Below, in pieces: positions 62,968 to 64,000 of a DNA stretch of 64,000 nucleotides. The notes beneath the pieces were generated by a model. It was given only the letters and a program-made list of their open reading frames with translations, had not been told where the DNA came from and did not search any database. Positions within the stretch are counted from its first letter, which is position 1, and each line of letters begins with the position of its first letter. The DNA is from Octopus bimaculoides (taxonomy: Eukaryota), in the NCBI RefSeq assembly GCF_001194135.2, contig NC_068996.1:53053377-53117376 (forward strand), read 5' to 3'. A program made the position numbers and the translations under genes.

Positions 62968-63075
62968 TATGTAACCACATGTGGATCGTTAGCGATTTCT
63001 TTTCCTCCGTCTTCCTTTTCTCTTGGACTTTCCTCCGTCTCTTGTTTCTGACGAAGAGCTTTGCTTGAAATGGAA
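62968..63075 (+). mobile_element. PLE-type terminal fragment with a degenerate hammerhead (CTGACGA-A-GAGC-ttt-GCTT-GAAA)
   Basis: Core at 63048-63070 with a 4-bp stem II, but stem III and the NUH site are lost (GAAATGG); adjacent to (TA)n. Confidence 0.45.
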
Positions 63076-63184
63076 TGTTGTTTGTTGTTCATTTTCTTTC
63101 TTTTTATTTTTTTTTTTGGATTAATTTTATATATATATGTCTTTTGGACAAAACATCTAACTAATAATATTTTGCTTCTTTCAG

Positions 63185-63363
63185 TATTTGGAAGTATTGG
63201 ACTTGTGACTGCATTGCTCTATCCTTGTGGATTGGTTGCTTTCCTGAAGACCATTATAAGCATCCTCCAACTTTACAGTGCAATGGCCAATGTTGCTGCT
63301 ATTGACGTTGCAGATCGTGCTGCCCTCAGGACTTCAGAAAATAATGCAAAGAAAATATCTTAA
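63185..63363 (+). CDS. CDIPT: CDIPT exon 6 (terminal)
   Basis: cttctttcAG; (V)FGSIGLVTALLYPCGLVAFLKTIISILQLYSAMANVAAIDVADRAALRTSENNAKKIS*. Confidence 0.95.
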
Positions 63364-63442
63364 GATTCTGGAAACTGTGAAATAAATGTATATTGAATAG
63401 GTATTTTATGAAAGTTTGATGCACACTCAAAAGTGTGTATGT

Positions 63443-63493
<51 letters not shown>

Positions 63494-63952
63494 NNNNNNN
63501 NNNCACACACACATATATATATAAATGTATATAGATATGTTTGTGAATGAATGTGTGTGTATGTATGTATGCATATATATATACATATGAATAGATTCAA
63601 AGATTTACATACACATTTTGTGTGTAGATATATATATTACATATTTAGTTGATGGTATACCTCAACAAAGATCATATGCACTATTGGGGAGCAAAAAAAA
63701 ATAAATGCATTAAATTTTGTGTGTTTGTGTGTGTGCATGGATGCGTGCATGCATTTTGAATATTGTTCTACTATGCTCAATACTCAGTTTTCTCCCAGCT
63801 GGGATTTGAGATGCCATCTGAAGACTGGTTTGCCTCCATGAAATGCTGAGTAATGGCCATAATGGTACTATAGATCATCCTAATAAATTCAGTATTATTG
63901 GCTTTGTTTTGACACAAATTCCCATTTACACTATGAATGAATGCATACGCAC

Positions 63953-64000
<48 letters not shown>

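Larger units (their letters stand above)
41356..63363 (+). other. CDIPT: Gene span (coding part): CDP-diacylglycerol--inositol 3-phosphatidyltransferase (phosphatidylinositol synthase), 6 exons
   Basis: Exons total 684 nt = 227 aa + stop. Contains IFLFVPNLI, the CDP-alcohol phosphotransferase motif DSFDGHAARVLNQGSKLGAMLDQLID, then SHW.HL, GSHK..DLS.NPILR.YY, MCSGNELFY and A.N.AAID.ADRA, all matching PIS family members. Confidence 0.96.

Overview
AT-rich, microsatellite- and transposon-dense eukaryotic genomic DNA with several N gaps. The repeat landscape suggests an octopus or other coleoid cephalopod (inference; no search was run). Almost all ORFs in the supplied track are spurious or transposon fragments. 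Manual exon assembly with GT-AG borders and consistent phases gives three complete spliced genes. (1) A CEP15/C3orf14 (DUF4570)-like gene, + strand, 4 coding exons at 9218-13787, ~103 aa, with RFX X-box motifs upstream. (2) POLD4 (DNA polymerase delta p12), - strand, 4 exons at 17505-27234, 117 aa. (3) CDIPT (phosphatidylinositol synthase), + strand, 6 exons at 41356-63363, 227 aa. A fourth, minus-strand gene probably runs off the left edge. The rest is mostly repeats: RTE LINE 3' ends, three tRNA-derived SINE families, mariner/Tc1, hAT-, piggyBac- and 9-bp-TSD MITEs, CR1/L2, CRE and R4/Dong relics, and three Penelope-like (PLE) RT relics. The most striking signal is a set of minimal type-I hammerhead ribozymes with palindromic stem III, from three unrelated non-coding element families (30177-30221 +, 32247-32292 -, 32493-32538 +, 62753-62822 -), plus a dead relic at 63044-63075. 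One family is a tRNA-headed SINE carrying a hammerhead, inserted as a head-to-head unit inside a 16-bp TSD. This points to a PLE-dependent, ribozyme-bearing non-autonomous retroelement (retrozyme-like) system.
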